The notes beneath the pieces were generated by a model, which made no database searches, was not told where the DNA came from, and saw only the letters and a list, made by a program, of their open reading frames with translations. A stretch of DNA of 64,000 bases from Macrostomum lignano (lineage: Eukaryota). The stretch is taken from assembly GCA_002269645.1 (NCBI GenBank), contig NIVC01000085.1:310001-374000 (forward strand), given 5' to 3'. The first letter of the stretch is position 1. Every line of letters starts with the position of its first letter. Positions 13,914 to 26,373 of this stretch are shown here, piece after piece. Position numbers and translations under genes: made by a program.

Positions 13914-16900
13914 ATGGCAACGCAGATAAAGCGGAAGCTGAGAGCGGCGCTGGAGGCTGGAGACAGCGAGGAGCTGCAGCGACTGTGCGGTGAGGTGGGC
14001 AGCAACATCTGGCTGGAGGTGGGCGGCTTCGACAAGCAAAACTTTCCCTTTGAAGAGCTTTGCATGCCGCTGGCCCATCACGTGGCCTGCAAGCCTGTGA
14101 GTTCGTCGTGCCTGGAGCTGCTGATTGACAGATTCGGACGCGACTGTCTGACACATGGAAATGGTAGAGGGCAGACTCCAGTGCATTTGGCTGCCCAGCA
14201 TCAGGACGAATCTTGGATGGAGCTGGTTGAAGAGAAGGGAAGCAAAGGCTGCTTGAGAATTGTCAGTGGATGGAGAAGGGCAGTCGCTCACTTTGCCGCT
14301 ATGAACAGAAAAAGCAACTCTTGTCTGAAGTGGCTGGTGAAGGAGCTCGGCAGCGACTGTCTCACAGTTCCTGACAAATACGGTGACATGGCCGTCCATT
14401 TGGCCGCTCAGCATCAGGGAATCGAGTCGCTGGAGTGGATCAAGAGACAGATCGGAACTGACTGCTTTCGGCTGAAGGGATTTAGGGATAGAACAGCATT
14501 TCACTTTGCTGCTGAGAAGTCTGACAATTCAATGCTTAAGTGGCTGGTGAAGGAGCTCGGCAGTGACTGTCTCACAGTTCCTAACTCTAGAGGTGACACG
14601 GCCGTCCATTTGGCCGCTGAGCATCAGGGCATCGAGTCGCTGGAGTGGATCAAGAGACAGATCGGAACTGACTGCTTTCGGCTGAAGGGATTTTTGGATA
14701 GAACAGCATTTCACTTTGCTGCTCAGAAGTCTGAAAATTCAATGCTGAAGTGGCTGGTGAAGGAGCTCGGCAGCGACTGTCTCGCAGTTCCTGACAAATA
14801 CGATACCACGGCCGTCCATTTGGCCGCTCAGCATCAGGGCATCGAGTCGCTGGAGTGGATCAAGAGACAGATCGGAACTGACTGCTTTCGGCTGAAGGGA
14901 TTTTTGGATAGAACAGCATTTCACTTTGCTGCTCAGAAGTCTGATAATTCAATGCTGAAGTGGCTGGTGAAGGAGCTCGGCAGCGACTGTCTCACAGTTC
15001 CTGATAGATCCGGTGACACGGCCGTCCATTTGGCCGCTCAGCATCAGGGCATCGAGTCGCTGGAGTGGATCAAGAGACAGATTGGAACTGACTGCTTTCG
15101 GCTGAAGGGAGATGGTGATAGAAGAACATTTCACTTTGCTGCTAAGAAGTCTGACAATTCAAATCTGAAGTGGCTGGTGAAGGAGCTCGGCAGCGACTGT
15201 CTCACAGTTCCTGACAAATACGGTTACACGGCCGTCCATTTGGCCGCTCAGTGGCAGCCAGTCGACTCTCTTCAGTTCATTTTTGACCAAATCGGAGCCG
15301 AAATGTTCAGCTTGAAGAACAAGGATGGCGAAACACCGGCTGATGTTGTTGAGAGTCAGTGGCGGGACGCAGACGAGTCAGCAAAGCGGGCCTGGATTTC
15401 CTCCACGCAGCGGCGGCTCGAAGCCTCTCGGCCTCCCGCTGGCAGCTCAGCGCCGACTGCCGCCTCAGCTGGGTGAGTCCTGACTGAGAACTGCTGCTTG
15501 ACACTGAAAATACTGAAAATATTGTTTGGCGAAATTTCATTGCGCTTTGATGATCGGCGCCCTGAAATTCTCAGCAGCGCCGCAGTCAAGCGAGGGCGTC
15601 ATGAATCTGACAGTGAAGCTCCCCATGGCGCCCCCAGTCTCCTAATGGGCCCCAACCCCCACCCATAGCTCAATTTGCATCAAAGCATCAGCGAGTTCAA
15701 GTGCCATCAAAGTCTCCGAAGTTTCAAACTCTCCGATTTTATTAGGAATGTATTTGGTGTGATGTTCAAAATATTGGCACTTGAATGATTTGAGAGCCTC
15801 CAATCTCTTCGTGGCCCGCAATCTCCCGATCGCGCCATATATAGCGCCACAGGTGACGCAGAAGGGTGGTGACGCAGAAGGGTGGTGACATAGAAGGGTG
15901 GTGACGCAGAGGGGTGGTGACGGAGAAGTGCGGTGACGCAGAAGGGTGGTGACGCAGAAGGCTGAGTGACTCCAAAGTGCTCAGAAAGCCCCAAGCAACT
16001 CAAAATTCATCGAATTCCTACATTTCATGATTCAGCGCCAAGAAGCAGCTGAACCCCAGCTTCACCGACTGGGACTTCATCCTGCAGGACGAAAAGAAGC
16101 AGCTCATCGGCCGTGGCGGATTCGGTGAGGTGTACAAGGCCCTAACAGACCTCAACCAGACGGTGGCTGTCAAGGTGCTGCCCCTGAGCGGCACCGGCCA
16201 ATCGAGAAAGCTGCAGAAAGCCGTCGAGATGGAGAAGCGGGGAGTTGAGATCCTCAAGCGACTCTCGCATCCCAACATTCTGCAGTTCCTCAAGTGCGAG
16301 CAGAAGTCGGATGGGCTGTACATCTTCACCGAGCTGGTCTCGGGTCACAGCCTCTTTGAGCTGATGCAGCGTCAGAACAAGCCGTTCAAGGAGTCCGGGG
16401 TCAGGGACTTCTCCAGACAGGTGCGTCTCTGAGTTCTCTGGCGTTGCCTGGCATGGGTGGGATCAGTGTGGGATCAGTGTGAGATCGGTGTGGGATCAGT
16501 GTGGGATCAGTGTAGGATCAGTGTGGGATCAGTGTGGGATCAGTGTGGGTGGGAGCAGGTATGGGGTCTCATGACTACTCAAAACTGCTCCACCTGCAGA
16601 TCTGCTCAGGCCTGAACTTCCTGCACTGCCAGCCGGAGGGCGCCATCTTGCACCGTGACATCAAGAGCTCCAATGCGATGCTCACCAGCAAAGGCGTCAT
16701 CAAGCTGATCGACTTTGGCCTCGCCAAGGAGATCGTCGGCACCTGCGGCCTGAGCACAGGCGTCGATCCCAAAGGCACCCCCTACTTCATGGCGCCCGAG
16801 CTGTTCATGGGCGAGGGCGGTTCGATTCCGTACTCAGCCAAGACCGACGTGTGGGCCTTCGGCTGCACCGTGTATGAGCTGACGGCCATGCAGCCTCCTG

Positions 16901-17085
16901 ACGCGAACGTTCAGCAGTTCAGGATCGCCGTGCTGAGGTGCGGAGGGCGGGCGATGCCTCGGATTGCGGACGGGTTCTCAGCCGGCCTGAAGGACTTCTA
17001 CCTCAGGTGCGTAGACTATGACCCGAGGAAGCGAGCGGACACCGCGGAGCTGCTGCGGCACAGCTTCCTGAGTGCCTCATCGTGA
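13914..17085 (+). CDS. Ankyrin-repeat + Ser/Thr kinase (MAP3K/STE11-like) gene A, 3 exons
   Basis: Exons 13914-15472 (ankyrin array of 210-bp units, donor gtgagt, phase 2), 16036-16420 (GRGGFG, VAVK, phase 0) and 16600-17085 ([26 protein letters not shown]). All junctions are in frame. Confidence 0.88.
15855..15962. repeat. 16-bp intronic tandem repeat (gcagaagggtggtgac)n
   Basis: Direct; lies in intron 1 of gene A. Confidence 0.85.
16455..16548. repeat. 11-bp intronic repeat (gtgtgggatca)n
   Basis: Direct; lies in intron 2 of gene A. Confidence 0.85.
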
Positions 17086-17736
17086 CTGCGAGAGCGCTGG
17101 GCTGTGAAGGGGCGGAGCGGCTCTTGGAGCGGGAGGTTCTTTAGCCCTCTTTGTTTATCCGATTGCCATTTTTGCTTATCCGGCTGCTTTGTTTGTTCGA
17201 ACTGCTCATTCTGCTCATTTAGATTTTGAATTTTGAATTTTGTATTATATCTATTCATTAATTCATTATGTCCACTGATTTTGAATTTTGAGTTATCGTT
17301 TTGTCTATCGATCACCCTGCTGCTTCCCGATGCCCGGATCAATTATCCAATCACAGTTTTGTTTATTCGTCTGCGATTCGGAATTCAACTTTTATTTATT
17401 TGACTGCCGGGTTTGTTTTACCGGTTGCTCCTTTCAATTACTGAGACATTTTTGTGCTCACTCGAGTGCTATGTCAGATTCAAGCTGATCAATGTTGATT
17501 TTGAAACTCTGGCAAAAAGCTAATCACAATTTCCCCAATCTGCTCAGACTGCTCAATGCCTACTCCAGATTTTCTGTTGCCGAGAATTTTTCACATTTTT
17601 CTGCCACCGGTTTGGCGCTTTTTCCGGAACTGAGTTTTGTATTTGATTTTTGGACTGACTTTTTATTAGCAACTGTTGGAGCAGGAAGTCCAGTGCTTAC
17701 TCAAGAGTTCTCAGTTAAATATACAGCCACCGCTTG

Positions 17737-18315
17737 GCTTGCCGTGACCCGCTGTGTACTGACTTGCCGTGACCCACTGTGTCCTTACTTGCCGTGACCC
17801 GCTGTGTCCTGACTTGCCGTGACCCGCTGTGTCCTGACCTGCCGTGACCCGCTGTGTCCTGACTTGCCGTGACCCGCTGTGTCCTGACTTGCCGTGACCC
17901 GCTGTGTCCTGACTTGCCGTGACCCGCTGTGTCCTGACTTGCCGTGACCCGCTGTGTCCTGACTTGCCGTGACCCGCTGTGTCCTGACTTGCCGTGACCC
18001 GCTGTGTCCTGACTTGCCGTGACCCACTGTGTCCTGACTTGCCGTGACCCACTGTGTCCTGACTTGCCGTGACCCGCTGTGTCCTGACTTGCCGTGACCC
18101 GCTGTGTCCTGACTTGCCGTGACCCGCTGTGTCCTGACTTGCCGTGACCCGCTGTGTCCTGACTTGCCACAATGACCCGCTGTGTCCTGACTTGCCGTGA
18201 CCCGCTGTGTCCTGACTTACCGTGACCCGCTGTGTCCTGACTTGCCGGCCGTGACCCGCTGTGTCCTGACTTGCCGTGACCCGCTGTGTCCTGACTTGCT
18301 GTGACCCGCTGTGTC
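17737..18315. repeat. 25-bp minisatellite (gccgtgacccgctgtgtcctgactt)n
   Basis: Direct. Confidence 0.97.
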
Positions 18316-18988
18316 CCATTTCATATATCAATATTTCGCAGCGTCATTTCTGAGCCTCACTCAGTGCAATGCACACAACAGTGCGGGGAAGGCAGAGCTG
18401 ATGAAGCAGGCATGCAGTGAAGCTGGCCATTGTTTTCAAAGGGCTTGCAGAGTGTCAGGAGGTCTGAGGCTGCCTCACGGCTCGGCCCCTCACGCAGTGA
18501 GCAGGAGATGTGCAGAGCCCTTAACTGCACAGACGCTGCAGAGCTTCTCCAGTTGCCATGGCGATGGGGGAGACTCGAGCTCGGAGAGAGTCTGTGGACA
18601 GCTGAGCAATGTGCTCACCTGGAGGCTGGGTGGTGCGGCTTGTTGCTTCATCTGCACAAAAGTGAGTTCGAACGAGCATCAGCCATTCTGTGCATCTCAT
18701 TTGAACAGCAGATGCTGCATCAATGATGCTGGCAGACACTTGAGTCTGTGCTCACTCAGTGCACTGTGAAATTTACATAAATAAATGTTTGCAGTGGCTT
18801 CGCATTGCATTGAACTGAGACAATGGCGGGGCATGAGGGCTGCTCAGCCACCTCGGCCGCTGTTTTGAGCAGGAAAATGAGAATAAAACCGCATTTTTGC
18901 TTTCATTTGGACCGAATTTGGTGGGAAAGCACTTTTGAGACTACTCTAGATAGCAGAGTATGGATTTAAACTGAATGCACACTTTTGC

Positions 18989-20690
18989 TGTTAGACATGG
19001 TGTCCTGTTAGACATGGGAGTCTCCTGTTAGACATGGTGTCCTGTTAGACATGGGAGTCTCCTGTTAGACATGGTGTCCTGTTAGACATGGGAGTCTCCT
19101 GTTAGACATGGTGTCCTGTTAGACATGGGAGTCTCCTGTTAGACATGGGAGTCTCCTGTTAGACATGGGAGTCTCCTGTTAGACATGGGAGTCTCCTGTT
19201 AGACATGGGAGTCTTCTGTTAGACATGGGAGTCTCCTGTTAGACATGGGAGTCTCCTGTTAGACATGGGAGTCTCCTGTTAGACATGGGAGTCTCCTGTT
19301 AGACATGGGAGTCTTCTGTTAGACATGGGAGTCTCCTGTTAGACACGGGAGTCTCCTGTTAGACATGGGAGTCTCCTGTTAGACATGGTGTTGTGACTGA
19401 CAATGCTTGCGCAATGAACTGACCACTAACAATTAACTATTGACCTTATTGAATGCGTGGGCGTATATTGTACTCAGACTAGAATGAGTAGGTGATTGCG
19501 TATCGATTTGGCAATGCAACGTGCAAGTAGGAGTTTCACCTCTATAAATATATTGTGAGCGAGATGTGTATCTCTGAACTCAAAAGCTTCAATCAAAGAA
19601 ACTCTCTGTGTTAATTAGAACACAACACATGGGAGTCTCCTGTTAGACATGGGAGTCTCCTGTTAGACACGGGAGTCTCCTATTAGACACGGGAGTCTCC
19701 TGTTAGACACGGGAGTCTCCTATTAGACACGGGAGTCTCCTGTTAGACATGGGAGTCTCCTGTTAGACATGGGAGTCTCCTGTTAGACACGGGAGTCTCC
19801 TGTTAGACATGGGAGTCTCCTGTTAGACATGGGAGTCTCCTGTTAGACATGGGAGTCTCCTGTTAGACATGGGAGTCTCCTGTTAGACACGGGAGTCTCC
19901 TGTTAGACATGGGAGTCTCCTGTTAGACATGGGAGTCTCCTGTTAGACATGGGAGTCTCCTGTTAGACATGGGAGTCTCCTGTTAGACATGGGAGTCTCC
20001 TGTTAGACATGGGAGTCTCCTGTTAGACATGGGAGTCTCCTGTTAGACATGGGAGTCTCCTGTTAGACATGGGAGTCTCCTGTTAGACATGGGAGTCTCC
20101 TATTAGACACGGGAGTCTCCTGTTAGACATGGGAGTCTCCTGTTAGACATGGGAGTCTCCTGTTAGACATGGGAGTCTCCTGTTAGACACGGGAGTCTCC
20201 TGTTAGACATGGGAGTCTCCTGTTAGACATGGGAGTCTCCTGTTAGACACGGGAGTCTCCTGTTAGACATGGGAGTCTCCTGTTAGACATGGGAGTCTCC
20301 TGTTAGACACGGGAGTCTCCTGTTAGACACGGGAGTCTCCTGTTAGACACGGGAGTCTCCTGTTAGACATGGGAGTCTCCTGTTAGACACGGGAGTCTCC
20401 TGTTAGACATGGGAGTCTCCTGTTAGACATGGGAGTCTCCTGTTAGACACGGGAGTCTCCTGTTAGACACGGGAGTCTCCTGTTAGACACGGGAGTCTCC
20501 TGTTAGACATGGGAGTCTCCTGTTAGACATGGGAGTCTCCTGTTAGACATGGGAGTCTCCTGTTAGACATGGGAGTCTCCTGTTAGACATGGGAATCTCC
20601 TGTTTGATATGGGAGTCACCTGTTAGACATGGGAGTCTCCTGTTAGACATGGGAGTCTTCTGTTGAACATGGGAGTCTCCTGTTTGATAT
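18989..20690. repeat. 20-bp minisatellite B (gttagacatgggagtctcct)n, interrupted by a solo LTR
   Basis: Direct. The first units alternate 17-bp and 20-bp variants. Confidence 0.97.
19389..19627 (+). mobile_element. Solo LTR (239 bp)
   Basis: Perfect inverted termini tgttgtg..cacaaca, 5-bp TSD catgg (19384-19388 and 19628-19632), internal tataaata box. Confidence 0.88.
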
Positions 20691-21035
20691 GACAGTCTTC
20701 TTTACTCTTCTCTCTACCCTCTCATATCCAGCAGTTATCATAATTTTCTGGTAGGCTGCATGCAGGCGTATATCGGAGAATTATTAATTCATGCATATGT
20801 CATGTCGCTTTGTCTCCATCTTTGTGAGATTCTGGTGAATCTCGGGTGAGATTCTGGTGAGGTTAAGATCAGGGGAAAGGGCGTAGAATAGAAGGTAAAA
20901 GGGGTTCGTAGGCTTCATGCTTATTGTTAATTTTGATCGTTGAATTCATTTACTGTTTATGACCGATTCTTCACAGCTACCCTACATGTGCGAGTTATGA
21001 TCATGCTTGTCTATGAGCTACATGTACTACATCTC

Positions 21036-21205
21036 CTATGACCTATTGAGCATGACCCCAATTTTATATGACCTATTGAGCATGACCCCAATTTTATATG
21101 ACCTATTGAGCATGACCCCAATTTTATATGACCTATTGAGCATGACCCCAATTTTATATGACCTATTGAGCATGACCCCAATTGTATATGACCTACTGAG
21201 CATGA
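21036..21205. repeat. 30-bp minisatellite (tatgacctattgagcatgaccccaatttta)n
   Basis: Direct. Confidence 0.95.
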
Positions 21206-21455
21206 CTCGTGTGATTTTTGCGGGTCGACCGATAATGACCAGCAATTGCTGTCCGTCTTGAATGTCTATGGCCAGGAGCTCCGTGAACGACGTCCGTGGC
21301 CGTAGATTGCAGTATATGGCTCGTAGTTTAGCAGATATCCACTGTAATCATGTGAAGAACCTATTTCTATTAAATCCATGCCTTACTGTTGCAAGCTTAT
21401 CAACAGAGTCGGGAATCCGTCCAAGTTGTTCTCAGAAATCAGGACACTTCCGTTT

Positions 21456-21776
21456 CATTCATAGCCATTCATAGCCATTCATAGCCATTCATAGCCATTC
21501 ATAGCCATTCATAGCCATTCATAGCCATTCATAACCATTCATAACCATTCATAGCCATTCATAGCCATTCATAACCATTCATAGCCATTCATAACCATTC
21601 ATAACCATTCATAGCCATTCATAGCCATTCATAGCCATTCATAACCATTCATAGCCATTCATAACCATTCATAACCATTCATAACCATTCATAGCCATTC
21701 ATAACCATTCATAACCATTCATAACCATTCATAGCCATTCATAACCATTCATAACCATTCATAGCCATTCATAACC
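21456..21776. repeat. 10-bp minisatellite (atagccattc/ataaccattc)n, left part
   Basis: Direct. The array resumes at 26374. Confidence 0.97.
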
Positions 21777-22111
21777 CTTTAGAGCGCAATTGCGGACGGG
21801 TTCGCAAGCAACTTTTTGTTCATTGCTTTATTACCATTGCTTCATTTTGTTACAATTCGTTCAACTCTAACGTATCGAAATGCGGCCTCAACCCTCTGCT
21901 TGGGGGAGAGGTGTAGTGTACGCCCCTCTACGCCTGTAGGCTTGTATGTGACTATAGCTTGAGTTCTCTCGACCAACGTGCGCTAGCTCTGCCCCACCCC
22001 CCCCCCTTAACCATTGCATAACGTGGTAGCCGCACGTCGGCAGTGACTATATATTAACTCAAATATATGGTCCACGAGACCACTTTATATTTCGCGCACA
22101 AGCGCACTACA

Positions 22112-23080
22112 ATGGCGTCGCAAGTCAGTTTACAGACCCCCAGCAAATTGGACTTGCGCACGGACCCAAATGCAGCTCATACAAAATGGAAAAAATGGTC
22201 AGCCCAGTTTCAACTGTTTGCCGTCGCCTCTGGAATAGACGACAAGAAAAGACTACGGCAGCTGCTGTTGTATTCGGCCGGCGAGGACCTGCAGACGATC
22301 GCCGCGGGCCTCACCGATGAGGCCGAGGGCAAAGATATCGACACGCTCGTGGCCGCCTTGGACAGGCATTTCAACCGCAATCTGAACCTACCGTTCACTC
22401 GCTATCAATTCAGGCTCTGCACGCAACGGTCTGGCGAGCCCACGGACGAGTGGCTTCAGCGTCTCCAAGAAGCCGCCGACTGCTGTGGCTTCGAGGGTCT
22501 CAGAGACTCTCTGATTCGAGACCAGCTGATCGCTGGCTGCAGTTCCGAGCAGCTCCGCCGGAAACTGTTGGCAATGGACAATGTGGACCTGAAGCAGGCG
22601 CTCCGGGTGGCCAGGGCCATGGAGGCGGCGGAAGCCCAGGCGAGCGTCATGGAGGCCAACGAGGCGTCCGTGCAGCAGCTCCGTCGGCAGGAGGCCAGTG
22701 GGGCGTCCAACAACCGTCGACAGCCACAGACCACGCAGTCCCCGGCGGCAAGCAGCTCAAGTGCATCAGGTGCGGAGCCCCGGGCCACCGCACATGCAAC
22801 GCAGCTGAAGGCAAGACGTGCCGCCGCTGCGGCAAACGAAACCACCTGGCAAGAGCCTGCCTGTCCGCACTAAAGGTAGACGCCCGCGTCTTGCAGGCCG
22901 ACAGCGATAGCTCAGAGGTGGAGGATGGCGTCTTTTGCCTGACCGTTGCAGCCACCGGCACTGCGGCAGTCGGCGCCAAGACAACAGTGCTCGTCGGTTC
23001 AACGCAGCTGCCGGTTCTGGTGGACAGCGGCGCCGACTGCAATATCCTCACTGAGCGGGCCTGGCGCACGCTGCCGGGAC
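22112..23080 (+). CDS. Gag (with two CCHC knuckles) and start of protease; one apparent -1 frameshift near 22690
   Basis: MASQVSLQTP..RDQLIAGCSSEQLRRKLL Gag pattern. CIRCGAPGHRTC, CRRCGKRNHLARAC and VDSGADCNIL lie in the -1 frame. Confidence 0.85.
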
Positions 23081-26054
23081 CCCGCGGCTGCAACCGAATC
23101 GTACTAAAGTCTTCGCCTACCGCTCATCCAAACCGCTCAGCACCCTGGGAGCATGCAGTCTGCAGGTGTCAGCCGGGCAGGACAGCCAGGCGGTCCGCTT
23201 CATTGTCATCCCGGGCGACGGCACGAACATCTTGGGGCGCGAGGCATCAACCTTGCTGCGCCTTCTGAGCCTGGGTCCCCAGGTCAACGTAGTTGCGTCT
23301 TCCGAGACGGATGATCCAGCTATCCGGGCTGTGGTCGAGCGATTTCCGGAGCTCTTCAAGGGTCTTGGCAAGGTCAAAGACGTCTCGGTGCAGATTAACA
23401 TCAAGTCCGACGCCAGGCCTGTCTGCCACCCGCCATCTCGAGTCCCAGTGCACCTCCGGGAGGCGCTGGACCGCGAGCTAGACGAGCAGGAGCAGCTCGG
23501 CATCATCCAGCCCGTCGAAGGTCCAACGCCGTGGGTCAGCCGCATCGTCGTGGTGCCGAAGGAGGACGGCAAGAGTGTGCGAATCACACAGGATCTTCGG
23601 GACGTGAACAGAGCGGCACTGAGGGAGCGGCACCAGATCCCGACCTTCGAAGAGGCCACAAGCGACATGGCGGGGTCGACGGTCTTCTCCAAACTCGACA
23701 TCTTCAAGGCGTTTCATCAAATTGAGATCAGCGAGGACAGCCGCAGGTTCTTTGTGTTTTCTACGCCCCGAGGAATGCGTCGGCTGACCCGCCTAAGCAT
23801 GGGCTTTGCCTCTGCCTCGGAGATACTCCAACGCGTAATGCAGCGAGTGCTGGCGGGACTGACCGGCGTAAAGTGGATCCACGATGACATCATAATCCAC
23901 AGTCAGGACCTGGAGTCTCACCAGGCACACGTGGCTGCCTGTCTGGCTAGACTGCGAGAGCACGGCATCACCCTGAACGCCAGCAAGTGCCACTGGGGCA
24001 TCAGCAAGGCCAAATTCATGGCCATGACGCTGTCGAAGTATGGAATTCAGCCGTCAGAAGAAAAGATCGCAGCGCTGCAGGCCTTCAAGGACCCCCAGTC
24101 GGTCAAGGAGGTCCGGTCATTCCTGGGGTTGGCAAACCACCTCGAGAAGTTCATTCCGCAGTTGGCAGCCAAGGCGGAGCCCCTCAGGCGGCTGGTACGA
24201 AAGGGCCAGGAATTCGTCTGGGACAGCGAGCAGCAGCAGGCCTTCCAGGCCGTCAAAGACGGCATCTCCGAGAGCTCCACTCTGGCCTTCTTTGACAAGC
24301 AGCTGCCGACTGAGCTGGTGGTCGACGCATCGCCCGTCGGTGTCGGCGCCATCCTGCAGCAGCGACATTCCGGCGGCCTGACTCGCCCGGTGGCCTACGC
24401 GAGCCGAACCCTCAGCGACGTCGAGCGGCGGTACAGTCAGATCGAGCGCGAGGCCCTGGGCGTCAAGTTCGGTTGCCTGAAGTTCGCGTTCTACCTTGAG
24501 GGCTGCCCGCACTTTGATGTCTACACTGACCACAAGCCGCTGCTCGGCATCTACAGGGCGGACTCTAGGCCGCCGCCCCGGCTCGAGCGTATTGTGCTGC
24601 AGACCCAGCACTTCTCGTTTACGCTGCACTACCGCAAGGGCGAGGACAATCCGGCAGATCCCCTCAGTCGCAACCCGCTGCCGAGCGCATCGCCCGGCAA
24701 AGGCGAGGCCGCAGAGACTCGACTGCTCAACGCTGTTGTCCAGGCAGCCACGCCGAAGGGCCTGACAGTCGACAAGGTCCAGGCTGCAACCGAGTCGGAC
24801 CCGACCCTGACGGCCGTCATGCAGGCGCTGGCAACCGGGAACTGGAGCTGTGGTGCGACAGCGCCAGCGCACAGCTTCCGGTCTCTGAAAGACGAACTCA
24901 GCGTCCACGCAGGCCTGCTGCTCCGAGGCAGTAGAATTGTCATCCCAGCAGAACTGCAGCAGTTGACCATCGGCCTGGCGCATCAGGGTCACCTGGGCCA
25001 GAAAAAAACGTGCGATCGACTTCAACGCAAGGTCTGGTGGCCCGGCATGACCAAACAGGTGGAAGCCGTCGTCTCCCGCTGCCGCCCGTGCCAGGCGGCC
25101 CGGCCTGATGGGGCCACCAAGCCGCCGCCGATGCAGCCGACGCCTCTTCCGTCGGGGCCTTGGCAATCGCTAAGCGTGGATGTCTGCGGGCCATTCCCGA
25201 CCGGCGAGAACATTGTCGTGCTGGTTGACTACTTCAGCCGGTACCCGGATGTCTACGTGGTGCGAAGCCTCACCAGCTCCAGCGTCATCACCTGCGCCAT
25301 GGCCTCGTTCAGCCGCTTTGGTGTGCCGCAGCAGATCACCACGGACAACGCCACGTATTTCACGAGTGACGAGTTCAGAGAGTTTCTCGATGGCCTCGGA
25401 GTTCAGCATCGCCGCGTCACCCCGCTCTACCCGGCAGCGAATGGCGAAGTAGAGCGCTTCAACCGCAGCCTCAACAAGGCCGTCAACGCCGCCACAGCCG
25501 AAGGCAAAGACTGGCGCCGGGCCATCCACGAGTGGCTTCTCGGCTACCGCAACTCCGTGCACCGCGGCACCGACCGCTCGCCCAACGACCTCTTGTTCAA
25601 CAGGGCCGTCGGCGACGTCTTGCCTACCATCTCGACGAAGCAGCGCGGCAGCCGCGAGCGGCAACTCCAGAGCCACGACCGCAGCTACAAGCAGGCGATG
25701 CGGCAGACAGCCGACACGCGACGAGCGGCTGGGCCGCACGGCATTCAGGCGGGAGTCCGCGTGCTGCTCAAGAATCGCGGCAAAGCCAAGTTGAGGTGTC
25801 CGTTTGATCCACGCCCCTGGATCGTTAAAGCGGTAAACGGCAGCGCCCTGACTCTGGAACGTGACGGGGCCGTCTTGCGACGGCACGTGACCGAGACGAA
25901 GCGGCTGCGCGAGTGCCCCTGGGAGCCCGAAGTACTGGATGCCGGCGAGACAGCCGAGACTCCGCCCACCACGCTTGGAGGCGCGAACGAGGGAGCCATT
26001 GCGCAGAGGCCCCATCCCAGGAAGGCTAAGCGGCAAATTTGTTACAAACTATAA
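23080..26054 (+). CDS. Pol: protease C-terminal half, RT, RNase H, integrase
   Basis: After a second -1 shift at gggacccc (~23076-23083): RLQPNRTKVFAY..ILGRE, WIHDDIII (RT), VVDASPVG and EREALGV (RNase H), H..HLG..CRPC, VDYFS/TDN/VERFN (integrase). Confidence 0.95.
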
Positions 26055-26373
26055 GTTGGAGCGCAAGCAACTTTTTGTTCATTGCTTTATTACCATTGCT
26101 TCATTTTGTTACAATTCGTTCAACTCTAACGTATCGAAATGCGGCCTCAACCCTCTGCTTGGGGGAGAGGTGTAGTGTACGCCCCTCTACGCCTGTAGGC
26201 TTGTATGTGACTATAGCTTGAGTTCTCTCGACCAACGTGCGCTAGCTCTGCCCCCCCCCCCCCCCCCCTTAACCATTGCATAACGTGGTAGCCGCACGTC
26301 GGCAGTGACTATATATTAACTCAAATATATGGTCCACGAGACCACTTTATATTTCGCGCACAAGCGCACTACA

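Larger units (their letters stand above)
21782..26373 (+). mobile_element. Near-complete young Ty3/Gypsy (Mag-like) LTR retrotransposon inside the 10-bp satellite
   Basis: LTRs 21912-22111 and 26171-26373 (tgtagtg..cactaca), differing essentially only in a C-run. PBS tggcgtcg at 22113. PPT gggggagagg. An extra copy of the 3' UTR+PPT (21782-21911) precedes the 5' LTR. Confidence 0.95.

Noticed and set aside
9218-20690. CRISPR-like arrays
   Set aside because: The repeats are contiguous with no unique spacers, there are no cas genes, and the context is eukaryotic.
22680-23090. Programmed -1 ribosomal frameshifts in Gypsy-2
   Set aside because: There are two shifts, one inside gag and one inside the protease, at short G/C runs without a canonical slippery heptamer. 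Single-base deletions or long-read errors are more likely. The related element 1 has knuckle-PR-RT in one frame.
23870-23895. RT active site IHDD rather than YxDD as a sign of inactivation
   Set aside because: Non-Tyr variants at this position occur in Mag-like Gypsy elements, and the catalytic aspartates are intact.
24117-26036. Long antisense ORFs (349 and 288 aa) in Gypsy-2
   Set aside because: Expected shadows of a GC-rich sense ORF; no motifs.
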